Source of the DNA: an uncultured Candidatus Saccharibacteria bacterium
GTDB taxonomy: Bacteria; Patescibacteriota; Minisyncoccia; Phycocordibacterales; JACOZG01
Assembly (NCBI GenBank): GCA_964648765.1
Contig: CAZYLF010000001.1
Coordinates: forward strand, 293,797-357,796
Length of the DNA stretch: 64,000 nt
Reading direction: 5' to 3'
The position numbers and the translations under genes were made by a program. Below the pieces are notes generated by a model, which saw only the letters and a list, made by a program, of their open reading frames with translations, searched no databases and had not been told where the DNA came from. Shown here piece after piece: positions 20,337 to 30,786 of the stretch. Within the stretch, counting starts at the first letter, position 1, and each line of letters begins with the position of its first letter.

Positions 20337-20633
20337 CTATCCAAGTGAAATTGCGCCAATAGTTACTTCTGCCGAGCGATTGTTGTTCGGGTTTCGAACC
20401 AGGATCCTCCAATTGTCGTCGAGGCGTTGAACTTCAAGCGAAGTGCGGGCATCACAGCCCAAACTTCTCAAGTACTCACTTCCTCGTCTGTGATTTGGAT
20501 CAATCCGAACTGATTTTCCCACTTCAATCATACTCCCAGTTTGTTGAACCGGCAACTCCATTGCCAAAGATTTGTTGCTCCCTGATTTTCGCCTTGCCAT
20601 CCTGTTTCTCCTTAATGGCTTTTCCATACCCAC
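20337..20633 (-). CDS. Hypothetical protein
   Basis: ORF only; the start is uncertain. Confidence 0.35.
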   Translation of the reverse strand: MGMEKPLRRNRMARRKSGSNKSLAMELPVQQTGSMIEVGKSVRIDPNHRRGSEYLRSLGCDARTSLEVQRLDDNWRILVRNPNNNRSAEVTIGAISLG

Positions 20634-20719
20634 AATCCTTAAAAGACCACAGCCCCCCAGTCCAAATGTAAATGGTATGCCTACTGAAAATAGTTGTCAA
20701 ATAGTTTATACTTACGTGC

Positions 20720-21550
20720 ATGTGGATATTACTCGACATTGGAGGAACAAAAACTCGCTTGGCTGTGACTCACAAAGGTGAGGTGCCAGAAGAAGGCTCG
20801 ATAAAAATTATCGACACGCCTAAACTTTTGGCAGACGCTGGTAAAGTTTATGGGGAAAATATCAAAGTTTTAACTGGTGATGATAAAGTGCGCGGGGTAG
20901 TGGTAGGCATTGCCGGCACGTTGAATGCCGCGCGTACCACTCTCACTGCCTCAACCCATTTGCCAGACTGGGCAGGCAAAGATCTCCACACTTTTTTTAA
21001 AGAATTAACTGGAGCGAAGAAGGTTTTAATTGAAAACGACGCTGCGTTGGTAGGTTTAGGTGAGGCATATTATGGTGCAGGCGTCGGTAAGAGGATTATG
21101 GTGTATCTCACCGTTTCAACGGGCGTGGGCGGAGTAAGAATTACTAATGGCAAAATTGATGAGAGCGCCCTTGGCTTTGAACCTGGCAAACAAATTATAG
21201 ATATTGAACACAATTTATCACTTGAGGATTATGTGTCGGGCAGAGCGGTGGAGGAGCGCTTTAAACAAAAGCCCAAAGAGATTTTTGACTCTGCGATTTG
21301 GCATAAGGTGGCGCGTTTTTTGGCTTACGGTATTCACAATGTGATTTTAGAGTGGTCGCCCGATGCCGTTATACTTGGTGGGAGCATGATGAAATCACCA
21401 GGCATAAAGGTTGATGATGTTAATTCTCATTTACGTTCAATCTCTGGTGTGGTGTTCCAAGATCTGCCCCCAATTTTGCTGGCAAAATTGGGGGATTTTG
21501 GTGGTATTTATGGAGGAGTTGCATTGCTAAAAGAGAAAAATGTTTTCTAA
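20720..21550 (+). CDS. ROK family sugar kinase / glucokinase
   Basis: 'ILLDIGGTKTRLAV' N-terminal ATPase motif and a ROK-type body. Confidence 0.8.
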   Translation: MWILLDIGGTKTRLAVTHKGEVPEEGSIKIIDTPKLLADAGKVYGENIKVLTGDDKVRGVVVGIAGTLNAARTTLTASTHLPDWAGKDLHTFFKELTGAKKVLIENDAALVGLGEAYYGAGVGKRIMVYLTVSTGVGGVRITNGKIDESALGFEPGKQIIDIEHNLSLEDYVSGRAVEERFKQKPKEIFDSAIWHKVARFLAYGIHNVILEWSPDAVILGGSMMKSPGIKVDDVNSHLRSISGVVFQDLPPILLAKLGDFGGIYGGVALLKEKNVF

Positions 21551-21556
21551 ATAAAG

Positions 21557-21634
21557 TTATCCACCGAAAAAATTACAAGCTCCCAAAATTTTCTTATAAA
21601 ATTCTAAAGTCGCATTTTATCCACAAAAAAATTA
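21557..21634 (+). promoter_or_regulatory. Two direct repeats TTATCCAC(C/A)(G/A)AAAAAATTA at 21557-21575 and 21617-21634, upstream of the RNR gene
   Basis: Direct 18-19 nt repeats spaced about 60 nt apart, immediately 5' of nrd. Confidence 0.35.
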
Positions 21635-21641
21635 TAAAAAT

Positions 21642-23969
21642 ATGCCCCCAAATCCCACTCAAAAAAAGAAGGCCAAAATCGCTCTCACGAAGGTAAAAAA
21701 GCGTGATGGGTCACTTGTGCCTTTCGAGCCAGCTCGCGTCTCTACGGCTACTTTTAAGGCTATGAAGGCCTCTGGCGAGGGCTCTGAGAAGGATGCTGAG
21801 AGGGTGGCAAATGATGTGGTAAAGGAATTGCTTAAAATTAAGCAAAAGGGTGGCAAAGACTACGTACCGAGTGTGGAGGAGGTCCAAGATTTGGTGGAGA
21901 AGCAATTAATCTTTCACTCTTTTGCAGCCACGGCCAAAGCCTATATTCTCTATCGTCAACGTCGCACGGAGCTTCGCCAGGAGCGAGGCGAAGTGCCTAA
22001 GGAGGTGCGCGAGATGGTGGCCGAAAGTAAAAAATACTTCCGCAATCAGCTCTCTGAATATGTTTATTACACTACGTACTCTCGTTGGCTAGACGACAAG
22101 GGTCGTCGCGAAACTTGGCTTGAAACGGTGGATCGCTACATTACTTTTATGCGCGAGCAACTTGGCGAAAAGTTAAAGGATAAAGAATATGACGAAGTCC
22201 GTGAGTATATGGCCGGCATGAGTGCTTTGGGCTCAATGCGCTTACTCCAATTTGCTGGTAAGGCGGCGGCTAACACTAATGTGGCTGCCTATAATTGCTC
22301 TTTCACTGCGCCATCATCTTGGCAAGACTTTGCAGAAATTGTTTACATTTTGATGTGTGGCACAGGCGTGGGTTACTCGGTGGAAGAACAAAACATTGGT
22401 CAATTGCCAATGATCAAAAGACAAACCGGCGAGAAGCTTAAGACTTACGTAATTGACGATAGCCGTGAGGGTTGGGCAGACTCTTTGGCTTATGGAATGA
22501 ATGTGTGGTCATCGGGTAAGGATGTGCAATTTGATTACTCACAGCTCCGACCACGTGGCGCGCGTTTAAAGACGATGGGCGGACGCTCATCTGGCCCTGA
22601 TCCACTTCGTAATCTCCTTAACTTTACTCGGGAGAAAATGTTGGCACGCCAAGGTAGACGCTTAAAGACGATCGACGCTCACGATATTATTTGTAAAATT
22701 GGTGAGGTGGTGGTGGCAGGTGGCGTGCGACGTTCCGCACTCATCTCACTTTCAGATCTTGATGATATGGAAATGCGTGAGGCCAAGAACGGACAATTTT
22801 ATCTTACAAATCCAGAACGCAGTATGGCCAATAACTCTGTGGCTTATAACGAGAAGCCCACAATGGCGCAATTTTTAGATGAGTGGGTAAACTTGGCCAA
22901 GGCTGGATCGGGTGAGCGAGGAATCTTTAACCGCGGAAGTTTGAAAACTCAATTACCAACTAGGCGTTGGAAGGTATTTGAAAAAGATAAAGACGATTCA
23001 GGCACTAACCCTTGCGGAGAAATTATTTTAAAGTCCAAACAATTTTGTAACTTAACTGAAGTGGTGGCTAGACCAGAAGATAATGAGGAGACTTTGATGG
23101 AGAAGGTGCGAGTGGCGACAATTTTGGGTACTTATCAAGCTACGCTTACTAAATTCCCTTATCTATCTAAAAAGTGGAAGGATAATTGTGAGGAGGAGGC
23201 TTTGCTTGGTGTGTCGGTGACGGGGCAATGGGATTGCTCAGCTTTAAGAAATCCATCCGTCTTCCGCAAACTTAAAGAAGTGGCCATTGAGACTAATCGT
23301 AAATACGCCGAGCGTTTTGGTATTAATCGCTCCACGTGTATTACCACGGTTAAGCCTTCTGGTAATGGTTCACAACTTTTTGATTCTTCATCGGGTATGC
23401 ATCCACGTCATGCTCCTTACTACATTCGTCGCGTAAGAGTGGAGGGACATAATCCAATCTTCCAAATGCTTAAAGATATGGGTGTACCTTATCATCCTGA
23501 AGTGGGTCAGGATCCATCTACAGCCACCACTTTTGTGCTGGAATTCCCTATCCAATCTCCAAAGAGCAAAGCGTTTAAAAATGATTTAACAGCCATTGAG
23601 CAATTAGAGTATTGGAAGATGGTGAAGGAGAATTATACCGAGCATAATCCATCCACCACTATTTCGGTGGGCGAGGAGGAGTGGCTTAAGGTAGGGCATT
23701 GGGTATATGAAAATTGGGACATGGTGGGCGGACTCTCCTTTTTGCCACGCTCAAATCACGTTTATCGTTTAGCGCCTTATGAAGAAATTAGTGCTGAGCA
23801 ATATGCCGAATTTGCTAGCAAATTCCCGCAAATTGATTTTGCCAAACTCGTGCTGTATGAGAGGCAAGATAACACTGAAGTAAAAAAGGAGTTGGCTTGT
23901 GTGTCAGGAGTCTGCGAAGTAGATTACTCGCCTAGCACTTCCGAAACCAAAGTCTCAAGCGATAAATAA
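21642..23969 (+). CDS. nrdJ: Ribonucleotide reductase, class II (B12-dependent) type with N-terminal ATP-cone
   Basis: ATP-cone 'VKKRDGSLVPFEPARV'. Active-site 'GTNPCGEI'. No glycyl-radical motif. Confidence 0.75.
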   Translation: MPPNPTQKKKAKIALTKVKKRDGSLVPFEPARVSTATFKAMKASGEGSEKDAERVANDVVKELLKIKQKGGKDYVPSVEEVQDLVEKQLIFHSFAATAKAYILYRQRRTELRQERGEVPKEVREMVAESKKYFRNQLSEYVYYTTYSRWLDDKGRRETWLETVDRYITFMREQLGEKLKDKEYDEVREYMAGMSALGSMRLLQFAGKAAANTNVAAYNCSFTAPSSWQDFAEIVYILMCGTGVGYSVEEQNIGQLPMIKRQTGEKLKTYVIDDSREGWADSLAYGMNVWSSGKDVQFDYSQLRPRGARLKTMGGRSSGPDPLRNLLNFTREKMLARQGRRLKTIDAHDIICKIGEVVVAGGVRRSALISLSDLDDMEMREAKNGQFYLTNPERSMANNSVAYNEKPTMAQFLDEWVNLAKAGSGERGIFNRGSLKTQLPTRRWKVFEKDKDDSGTNPCGEIILKSKQFCNLTEVVARPEDNEETLMEKVRVATILGTYQATLTKFPYLSKKWKDNCEEEALLGVSVTGQWDCSALRNPSVFRKLKEVAIETNRKYAERFGINRSTCITTVKPSGNGSQLFDSSSGMHPRHAPYYIRRVRVEGHNPIFQMLKDMGVPYHPEVGQDPSTATTFVLEFPIQSPKSKAFKNDLTAIEQLEYWKMVKENYTEHNPSTTISVGEEEWLKVGHWVYENWDMVGGLSFLPRSNHVYRLAPYEEISAEQYAEFASKFPQIDFAKLVLYERQDNTEVKKELACVSGVCEVDYSPSTSETKVSSDK

Positions 23970-23985
23970 TTAAAATTAAGACTAA

Positions 23986-24014
23986 AAATCACCTCACAAA
24001 TGGGGTGATTTTTA
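23986..24014 (+). terminator. Intrinsic terminator after the RNR gene
   Basis: ATCACC...GGTGAT hairpin followed by T5. Confidence 0.55.
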
Positions 24015-24092
24015 TCTTTGCATAAATTTGTCACGCGTGGTAGTTTGAAAATTGGAATTGGGGAAATAGCGACATTGTTAAGGAGAAATAAA

Positions 24093-24389
24093 GTGGCAGA
24101 AGAAATTCCAATCAAAAATTGGGGAGTGATTTATCACAATCAGATGCATCATGGTATGGATTATGATTGTCGTTGTGGCTGGGCGGCCTCGTCACTTTTA
24201 GGAGAATACAGTGACTATGGTCAACACGTAAGTGGTTTTGATCTAAATGGTCCGTCTGGTAGTTGTGGCACCTGGATTGTTATCTTGACGTGCCCAAAGT
24301 GTTTTGAGCATTTCTGGTTTCATTTTCCTCCCCAAAGAATTAGTGTGGAATTGCTGGCGGAGCATTGTTCAAATTGGCCAAAAAAGTAG
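24093..24389 (+). CDS. Cys/His-rich hypothetical protein (GTG start)
   Basis: RBS AGGAGA 6 nt upstream of the GTG. 'CRCGW...CGTW...CPKCFEHFWFHF'. Confidence 0.45.
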   Translation: MAEEIPIKNWGVIYHNQMHHGMDYDCRCGWAASSLLGEYSDYGQHVSGFDLNGPSGSCGTWIVILTCPKCFEHFWFHFPPQRISVELLAEHCSNWPKK

Positions 24390-24397
24390 ATCTTATC

Positions 24398-24428
24398 ACG
24401 CGTGGTTTTACACCACGCGTTTTTTATT
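24398..24428 (+). terminator. Intrinsic terminator
   Basis: ACGCGTGG-TTTTACA-CCACGCGT followed by T6. Confidence 0.7.
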
Positions 24429-24528
24429 TAAATAAACTAACTTGCAATATATTAAATATATGCTATAGTTTTAGCTGATCCAAAACAGTGAGTTTTGGCA
24501 AAAGTTCTTCGAAAATAGGAGGTGCAAG

Positions 24529-25380
24529 ATGCACATTTTGGAAATAATCTCACAGATGGCAATTGTGGTGTTCGGTCTCTCGTCCGTATTTCTGGTAGCA
24601 AGAGGAAATCGAGTTGGTTTTTTGATGGGATTGAGCGCCCAACCGTTTTGGTATTTTACAACAATCCTTAACGGCCAGTGGGGGATCTTTTTCCTTAGCG
24701 TTGGGTACACAGTCTCGTGGGTTACGGGTGTGTATGAGAACTACTTCAAAAAACCAGTTACCATCAGCTCAATAATTCTCAACCGAGATGGGTTGTATGT
24801 TGGAGATTTGATTCATTACTACAAACTGATAGTGAATTCGGGTGGAAACTTTAACCCATATCATAACCTCCGGCATGCCCAACATGTGCTGTGGCTTTGT
24901 TATGATGCATGTGTGAATTACCGTAAGGAGTTAACCCCGCGGAAAATTCGCAGTAAATTGATTGCTGCCATGACGCACGATATTGGGCACAGTGGTGATA
25001 ATCGTCCTGACTTTGTGCAGGTGGACACTGCCGTTAAATGGATTACGGAAAATATTCACCCCGATGACAAGGCATATTTGCCAGAGATTGTGGCGTTGAT
25101 GCGTGGAACAGAGTACCCACACAAAGAGGGATTTGTTGGTCTAGCCTATGACATTTTGCGTGACGCAGATTTGTCGCAAGCTTTGAACAGCACTTGGATT
25201 CATCAAGCGCTTGGCTTGGGGCGGGAGAAGGGTTGGACTCCACGCGAGACGATGGAACGTCAGGTGGCGTTCCTCAATAATCTCGAGTTCAAAACTAAGT
25301 GGGCGAGGAAGAAATTCCCGCGCTCTCTGATTGAATCTAAGGTTAAGGAAGCCAAGGAGCTGGCAATTTGTCTTGCGTAA
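24529..25380 (+). CDS. Membrane-anchored HD-domain phosphohydrolase
   Basis: About 70 aa of N-terminal TM helices, then 'NPYHNLRHAQHV' ... 'MTHDIGHSG'. Confidence 0.6.
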   Translation: MHILEIISQMAIVVFGLSSVFLVARGNRVGFLMGLSAQPFWYFTTILNGQWGIFFLSVGYTVSWVTGVYENYFKKPVTISSIILNRDGLYVGDLIHYYKLIVNSGGNFNPYHNLRHAQHVLWLCYDACVNYRKELTPRKIRSKLIAAMTHDIGHSGDNRPDFVQVDTAVKWITENIHPDDKAYLPEIVALMRGTEYPHKEGFVGLAYDILRDADLSQALNSTWIHQALGLGREKGWTPRETMERQVAFLNNLEFKTKWARKKFPRSLIESKVKEAKELAICLA

Positions 25381-25454
25381 TGGTAATTTAGGGATTGGAA
25401 TTTTTGCTTGCTTGATGGAAACAAGCAAGCCCGGTCTTTTAGAGGAGAGAAAGT

Positions 25455-25745
25455 ATGGGTAGTAAGCCGTTCCATAAGTCAATTATCGCGTGCATTCAAA
25501 AGGTGGATGCACGTGGGATCAATTACGTGATCTCAACAATCGTTGGTACCACAATCCCAGAGGGGCATGAGGAGATTATTAAAGCAATCAAGGCAAAGTT
25601 CGCTGTGCTCAACCAGAACTTGAGCGAGACGGCGAATTCGGTTATTGTTTATTTGCTAGCCGAACATCAACATTGCGTCAATGAAGCGGGAAGGCTCAAG
25701 ACGGCAAACGCCAAAGGACGGCTCGTTGGAGCAAGTGTCGTTTAA
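25455..25745 (+). CDS. Hypothetical protein
   Basis: RBS GAGGAG upstream. 96 aa. Confidence 0.5.
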   Translation: MGSKPFHKSIIACIQKVDARGINYVISTIVGTTIPEGHEEIIKAIKAKFAVLNQNLSETANSVIVYLLAEHQHCVNEAGRLKTANAKGRLVGASVV

Positions 25746-25763
25746 GAAATAAAAACAAAACAA

Positions 25764-25806
25764 AAGGCGCGGAGGTGATTTATCACTCCGCGCCTATTTT
25801 TTATTC
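25764..25806. terminator. Bidirectional intrinsic terminator
   Basis: GGCGCGGAG(G)TGAT / ATCACTCCGCGCC with flanking A-runs and T-runs. Confidence 0.7.
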
Positions 25807-26922
25807 GTTTATGAACTTTTCCCTTATCGAAGCTCCGATTTTTGCAAGGTTCGCTTTAAGATAGGCTTTCCCCTTTCCAGTCAAAGGACCTATTTCTTGA
25901 TCAATTCTTGCTGCACCGATTTGACCGCCTGGACTTAACTTTGAACCAGACCCTGGGAAATGCTTTTTGAGTAAGGCGCCGAGATCAATTGCGGAACTTC
26001 GACACCTAGCACATATCTTAACGTAATTGTTGTTCACCACTCCCCACACAATTACTGTCACAATCCCCGAAAGACGAAAGACTAAATCGGCGATGGTTCC
26101 AATATCGTCGATAGATTCATGTTCATCAATATCTCCTACGCTGAGAACTACGACACCGTGGACCGGCCTTAAGTCTTTTGTTGCTTTGTGCAAATTCTGG
26201 AAAAAAGTTAATGGTAACTCATATTTTGTGAGTCTATAGAAGTCGTCATAATTAATTTTTTCACTCACAAACTCATGGGCTTGATAGTCACGCTTCTTAG
26301 CGTTAACCATATCCTGAGAGTCGTTGTGGATACCTAGAGCAAGTAGTATAGATGCTCGATCTGAGAAATCTAGACCAAGTTCTCTGCCGATTTCCACAAC
26401 AAGTGTACTGGCAGAAGTTACACCAGTGTCAACGAGGTTAAATTCCCCCGTATCTTCTTCGGAGACATCTCCTGTGTGGTGATCAATTACCCCTAGTGGA
26501 CGTTGTTTCCGGTATTGTTCTGGGACACGATTGTCATTTGTGGTATTAGAATCGACAAGAAAAATTCGATCGTTTTCTCCCAAAGTGATATTGCCTATGG
26601 GAACCATGTGCCTATTTAAATCATGCACTGCCACAATCGTTCTGTTTTGTCTGTGGCTAATCTCACCACAGTAAGTTATCTTTACAGATATCTCATTCTC
26701 TTCAACTAACTTTTCTATTATCTCCAGCATGCCCATAGCGGCACCTATCGCGTCAGGGTCAACCTGTGCAATAACAAGCAAAATTATCCCACCTGGCTTA
26801 ATCGAGTTTACAGCCTCTTTTAGTCGATCAATCATTGTTGTTTTTCCATTGCCATTTGCCACTTTTTTCTCCTTATAACAAAGGCCTAAAATCCTTGACT
26901 CTAACTGTTGATAAACTAGCAT
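25801..26922 (-). CDS. DHH-family phosphoesterase (NrnA-like oligoribonuclease/pAp phosphatase)
   Basis: 'LLVIAQVDPDAIGAAMGM' and the DHH motif 'VIDHHTGD'. The real start may be the internal M ('MIDRLKEAV'). Confidence 0.7.
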   Translation of the reverse strand: MLVYQQLESRILGLCYKEKKVANGNGKTTMIDRLKEAVNSIKPGGIILLVIAQVDPDAIGAAMGMLEIIEKLVEENEISVKITYCGEISHRQNRTIVAVHDLNRHMVPIGNITLGENDRIFLVDSNTTNDNRVPEQYRKQRPLGVIDHHTGDVSEEDTGEFNLVDTGVTSASTLVVEIGRELGLDFSDRASILLALGIHNDSQDMVNAKKRDYQAHEFVSEKINYDDFYRLTKYELPLTFFQNLHKATKDLRPVHGVVVLSVGDIDEHESIDDIGTIADLVFRLSGIVTVIVWGVVNNNYVKICARCRSSAIDLGALLKKHFPGSGSKLSPGGQIGAARIDQEIGPLTGKGKAYLKANLAKIGASIREKFINE

Positions 26923-26981
26923 AAGTACCCTATTGTCTACATTAGTATCTTGTGATATAATAACTGGAGTTCTTTGCTAGA

Positions 26982-27333
26982 TGGTTGCTCTCTTTGGTGC
27001 GTAAGTACTAGAGGGGGAGGAAAGTCCGAACACAGCCCGCCTAAATGCGTAAGCTTTTGGTGGGTAAAACGGTAGCGGGTAATGCCCGTCGCCCGCCAAC
27101 ATCTGCGAAGTTGTGGCGGGTAGAGGTGCGAGCAGAAACGCCAAAGCCGAAAGGCCTAGGATCCCTTCGGGGATAGTCTCATCGAGAGGTGAGAATGAAA
27201 CGGCTAAATCCTTACTTCTGTGCAAGGCCGTATCCCGTCAAAATGCGAAAGCTTTTGTTGGGGAGTGCCGCTCGAGCCAAACAGTAATGCTTGGCCCAGA
27301 TAAATAATCATCCACGACAGAATTCGGCTTATC
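26982..27333 (+). ncRNA. rnpB: RNase P RNA (bacterial type A)
   Basis: P4 strands 'GGAGGAAAGTCCGAACAC' and 'ACAGAATTCGGCTTATCGG' with a GNRA-loop-rich body. The ends are approximate. Confidence 0.8.
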
Positions 27334-27403
27334 GGCAAAGAACTAAAATAATCAGAAAGTCCCTCGCTTCACGCGTGGGATTTTTTGATTTATAATATAG
27401 GAG

Positions 27404-29104
27404 ATGATAGCGCTACTTAAAAACCCAGCCTCAAAAATTTATTTATTAATTCTTTTTTTACTCCCGATTTTTTATTGGTCTAGAGTCGGATTAGATATTG
27501 AAGTAACTAAAACCACCTTTGCTTATATAGGAATTCTTTTGATAGTTTTTTTGTGGTTAATACCAAGTTTACGAGTTGGTAAAATTGAGACAACTGTTGA
27601 TGGTTTGCAACTTGGTTTAGGTTTAGTGCTTCTGCCCATTATTTATCAAGCAATCACTTCAAGCAATCCCGCTTTGTTAATTAGTAGTTTGGTTTATATT
27701 TTCTGGTTTTTACTCACGTTTAGGATTTTTAAAAAAACAGAGGAGTGGTTAATGGTTTATTTAGCTGTTGTAGCTTCAGCAATAGTTTTATTTATATTTC
27801 AATTAATTTGGTATTTTATTAACCCTGGTCTAATTATTATAGGGTCAAGTTTTGATTTGGTAATTCTGTTTGGTTATATTTTAATTCTGGTAATTTATTC
27901 TCTAATTAATTTCTCACTCAGTAGTTTACGTTATGGTAATCAAGCTACGGTTGCTTTGGGAGTTATATCGATACTTGTAATTGTGCAGAGTGTCTACAAT
28001 CTCCCAATCGGAACATTTTGGCCAATTAAATTTGATTTTACAAATTATTTGTCCTTACTTTGGATAGTATTTGGTTTCTATTTTGTATTTTATGCTTACA
28101 AAACAATTAATTTTTTACGCCAAAGCACTAAACCAAATCCTGCCCTCCTTTTGTCTTTAATTTCTAGTATTTATTTCTGGGCTAGTTTACTTAAATATAA
28201 TCCTGGAGTAGTGGTTACCGTTTTGGCTTACGTATTTTTGGGCCTTTGGGTGTCGGCAATGATTAAGGCAAAAATTATTACTGAAAAATTTGTGGTCTTG
28301 AAAAAGGGTGGGCCATGGAGTAACTTTTTCACCATCTTTATTTCCCTTTCAGTTCTTGCTCTGACTCTAATTGGTGCAAAGTATCAGTTTGCATATTTTA
28401 AAGAAGGGCAGATGGCTTCGGTAGATGCATCAACTTCGGAATATTTTAGATCTGCAAAATCAGCTTTCGATGAATTGAGGGCTTTAGTTAGTCAGCCAGA
28501 CGCACCGGTGGAAAGTGAGGAGTTTATTAGTAGGAGAGATGCGCTGGCTAATCAAGCTGTTACTTTTGCAAAAAAAGCAGTGGAGGATGAACCGGACGAT
28601 TATCGTAATTGGGCGCTTTATGGTGAGATTGCCAGTATGTTTATTGCTGCGCAAGTGCCAAATGCAATTGAGGAGGCCATAGGTGCTTATGAGAGAGCGA
28701 TTGTGCTTAAACCTGATAATACTGAAATAATCACAAAGTATGCTCAAACCTTGGCTTTGGTGGCCAATACATATTTACAAAATAACGATCTTGCTTCAGC
28801 TAGGGTTGAAGTTGAAAAACTCTCAAGGCTTACCCCAAATGATTACAGTGTTTGGTGGCAATTAGGGCGTTTGGATTACATGGAAAATAATTTTGAAGCA
28901 TCTGATCAGCACTTTAAGACCTCACTTGAATTACTTCCAAATGATGCTAACCTGCTTTATCAATTGGCCCTTTTTTACTCTGGTGTAAACGACACAGATC
29001 GTGCCATCGCGGCCATTGATGAGGCATTAAGTATTGATCCTAACAATCTTGACGCGCTCACACTTAAAGAGCAAATTTCTCCACAAGTATCAGCTGAAAA
29101 CTAA
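27404..29104 (+). CDS. Polytopic membrane protein with C-terminal TPR repeats
   Basis: About 10 N-terminal TM helices. The C-terminus has TPR-like 'AIEEAIGAYERAIVLKPDN...YSVWWQLGRLDYMENNFEASDQHFKTSLELLPNDANLLYQLA'. Confidence 0.6.
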   Translation: MIALLKNPASKIYLLILFLLPIFYWSRVGLDIEVTKTTFAYIGILLIVFLWLIPSLRVGKIETTVDGLQLGLGLVLLPIIYQAITSSNPALLISSLVYIFWFLLTFRIFKKTEEWLMVYLAVVASAIVLFIFQLIWYFINPGLIIIGSSFDLVILFGYILILVIYSLINFSLSSLRYGNQATVALGVISILVIVQSVYNLPIGTFWPIKFDFTNYLSLLWIVFGFYFVFYAYKTINFLRQSTKPNPALLLSLISSIYFWASLLKYNPGVVVTVLAYVFLGLWVSAMIKAKIITEKFVVLKKGGPWSNFFTIFISLSVLALTLIGAKYQFAYFKEGQMASVDASTSEYFRSAKSAFDELRALVSQPDAPVESEEFISRRDALANQAVTFAKKAVEDEPDDYRNWALYGEIASMFIAAQVPNAIEEAIGAYERAIVLKPDNTEIITKYAQTLALVANTYLQNNDLASARVEVEKLSRLTPNDYSVWWQLGRLDYMENNFEASDQHFKTSLELLPNDANLLYQLALFYSGVNDTDRAIAAIDEALSIDPNNLDALTLKEQISPQVSAEN

Positions 29105-29106
29105 TT

Positions 29107-30786
29107 ATGGTTGAAAAGGTTTTAAATTTGTTTAACCGTGAATGGAGTAGCCTAAATGAGGCTGCTTTTTTACTCGGTCTTTCAGCATTCCTTTCCCAAG
29201 TCCTTTCTCTTTTTAGAGATCGCTTACTTGCTGGTGCTTTCGGCGCTGGCCATGAACTTGATATTTATTACTCCGCTTTTCGTATCCCAGACATAATTTA
29301 TGTGTCAGTAGCCTCCTTGGTCTCGATTACCATTTTAATTCCGTTTATTATCCGTCATTTAGATAGTGACGATAAAAATGGAGCAAGAGAATTAATTAAT
29401 GGCGTTTTTACCCTTTTTTTTACTTTAATGATTGTGGTCGCGGTAGTGGCATTTATTTTTATGCCCTACTTAGCCCCACTAGTGGCACCAGGATTTGATC
29501 TTCCGTCCCAAGCTCATTTAATTGATTTAAGTAGGATTTTATTACTTTCACCAATCTTGCTTGGACTCTCAAACTTGTTTGGTAGCGTCACCCAATCTTT
29601 TAAAAGATTTTTTATTTATGCGCTAAGTCCAATTTTATATAACGTTGGTATTATTATTGGCATAGTTTATTTTTATCCAAGTCTCGGGCTTACCGGTTTG
29701 GTGTGGGGAGTAATTTTAGGCGCAGGGCTTCATTTGCTTGTTCAGGTTCCCACTGTACATTCATTAAAATTATTTCCTAAATTTAGTCTCAAAATCAATT
29801 GGAGTGAAATTAAGCGCCTCGTGGCCCTCTCGCTCCCCAGAACCTTTACTCTCTCTGTGCACCAAATCACCATTTTGGTGTTGGTGGCGCTGGCCTCACT
29901 TATGGATAAAGGTTCTATTGCGGTATTTAACTTTGCCTATAATTTGCAATCAGTGCCCTTGGCCATCGTTGGTTTGAGCTACTCTGTGGCCGCTTTTCCT
30001 ACTTTAGTTAAAATTTATAACAACGGTGATCGGCCACAATTTGTTACTCAAGTTTCAGACGCTTTGCGCTACATTGTTTTTTGGTCCATTCCGGCGATGG
30101 CAATTTTTATTGTTTTACGGGCCCAAATTGTGCGAGTAATTTTAGGTTCGGGAGAGTTTGATTGGTCTGACACGCGACTTACCGCCGCCGCCTTAGCTTG
30201 TTTTTCCATTTCTGTCATCGCTCAAAGTTTAATTTTGCTTTTTGTGCGAGCGTATTATGCAGCAGGCAAAACTAGCAAGCCATTAATCATAAACGTTGCA
30301 TCATCAATTTTTGTGGTTTTGCTCGCCTTCGGCTTAAACTCCTGGTATCAAGGTGCTAGTGAATTTCAGCAATTGGTGGAGGGTTGGCTACGTGTTGAAG
30401 CTGTTGGGGGGACGATTGTGCTTATTTTACCAATCGCTTTTTCACTCGGGATGTTACTTAATCTATTTTTATTCTGTTACTTTTTCCGAAAAGATTTTGG
30501 TAAATTTGGGACGAGAGTGATGCGTACTTTTTGGCAGGTATTTTTTGCCTCAATAATTGGCGCAGTGGCGAGTTACTTGCTTCTTAATGTATTCGACAAC
30601 TGGTTTGACTTAGACACATTTATTGGTATCTTGCTACAAGGGCTTTTGGCCGGTATGGGCGGAATTGCGGTAGGTTTTGGGATGCTCCGCCTAGCTAAGA
30701 GCCAAGAGTTAACAAGTATTGTTGAATCCCTGCGTAACCGTTTTTGGCAGACGCGCGTGGTGGCTGAATCTCCGGAAGAAATATGA
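29107..30786 (+). CDS. murJ: Lipid II flippase MurJ
   Basis: 14-TM MviN/MurJ pattern with a typical N-terminus 'AAFLLGLSAFLSQVLSLFRDRLLAGAFGAG'. Confidence 0.9.
   Translation: MVEKVLNLFNREWSSLNEAAFLLGLSAFLSQVLSLFRDRLLAGAFGAGHELDIYYSAFRIPDIIYVSVASLVSITILIPFIIRHLDSDDKNGARELINGVFTLFFTLMIVVAVVAFIFMPYLAPLVAPGFDLPSQAHLIDLSRILLLSPILLGLSNLFGSVTQSFKRFFIYALSPILYNVGIIIGIVYFYPSLGLTGLVWGVILGAGLHLLVQVPTVHSLKLFPKFSLKINWSEIKRLVALSLPRTFTLSVHQITILVLVALASLMDKGSIAVFNFAYNLQSVPLAIVGLSYSVAAFPTLVKIYNNGDRPQFVTQVSDALRYIVFWSIPAMAIFIVLRAQIVRVILGSGEFDWSDTRLTAAALACFSISVIAQSLILLFVRAYYAAGKTSKPLIINVASSIFVVLLAFGLNSWYQGASEFQQLVEGWLRVEAVGGTIVLILPIAFSLGMLLNLFLFCYFFRKDFGKFGTRVMRTFWQVFFASIIGAVASYLLLNVFDNWFDLDTFIGILLQGLLAGMGGIAVGFGMLRLAKSQELTSIVESLRNRFWQTRVVAESPEEI

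Noticed and set aside
21557-21634. NrdR boxes upstream of RNR
   Set aside because: The repeats are direct, not the 16-bp NrdR palindrome. Reported only as unexplained repeats.
26977-27307. ORFs 26977..27225(-) and 27113..27307(+)
   Set aside because: They lie inside the RNase P RNA gene, which has clear P4 consensus strands.
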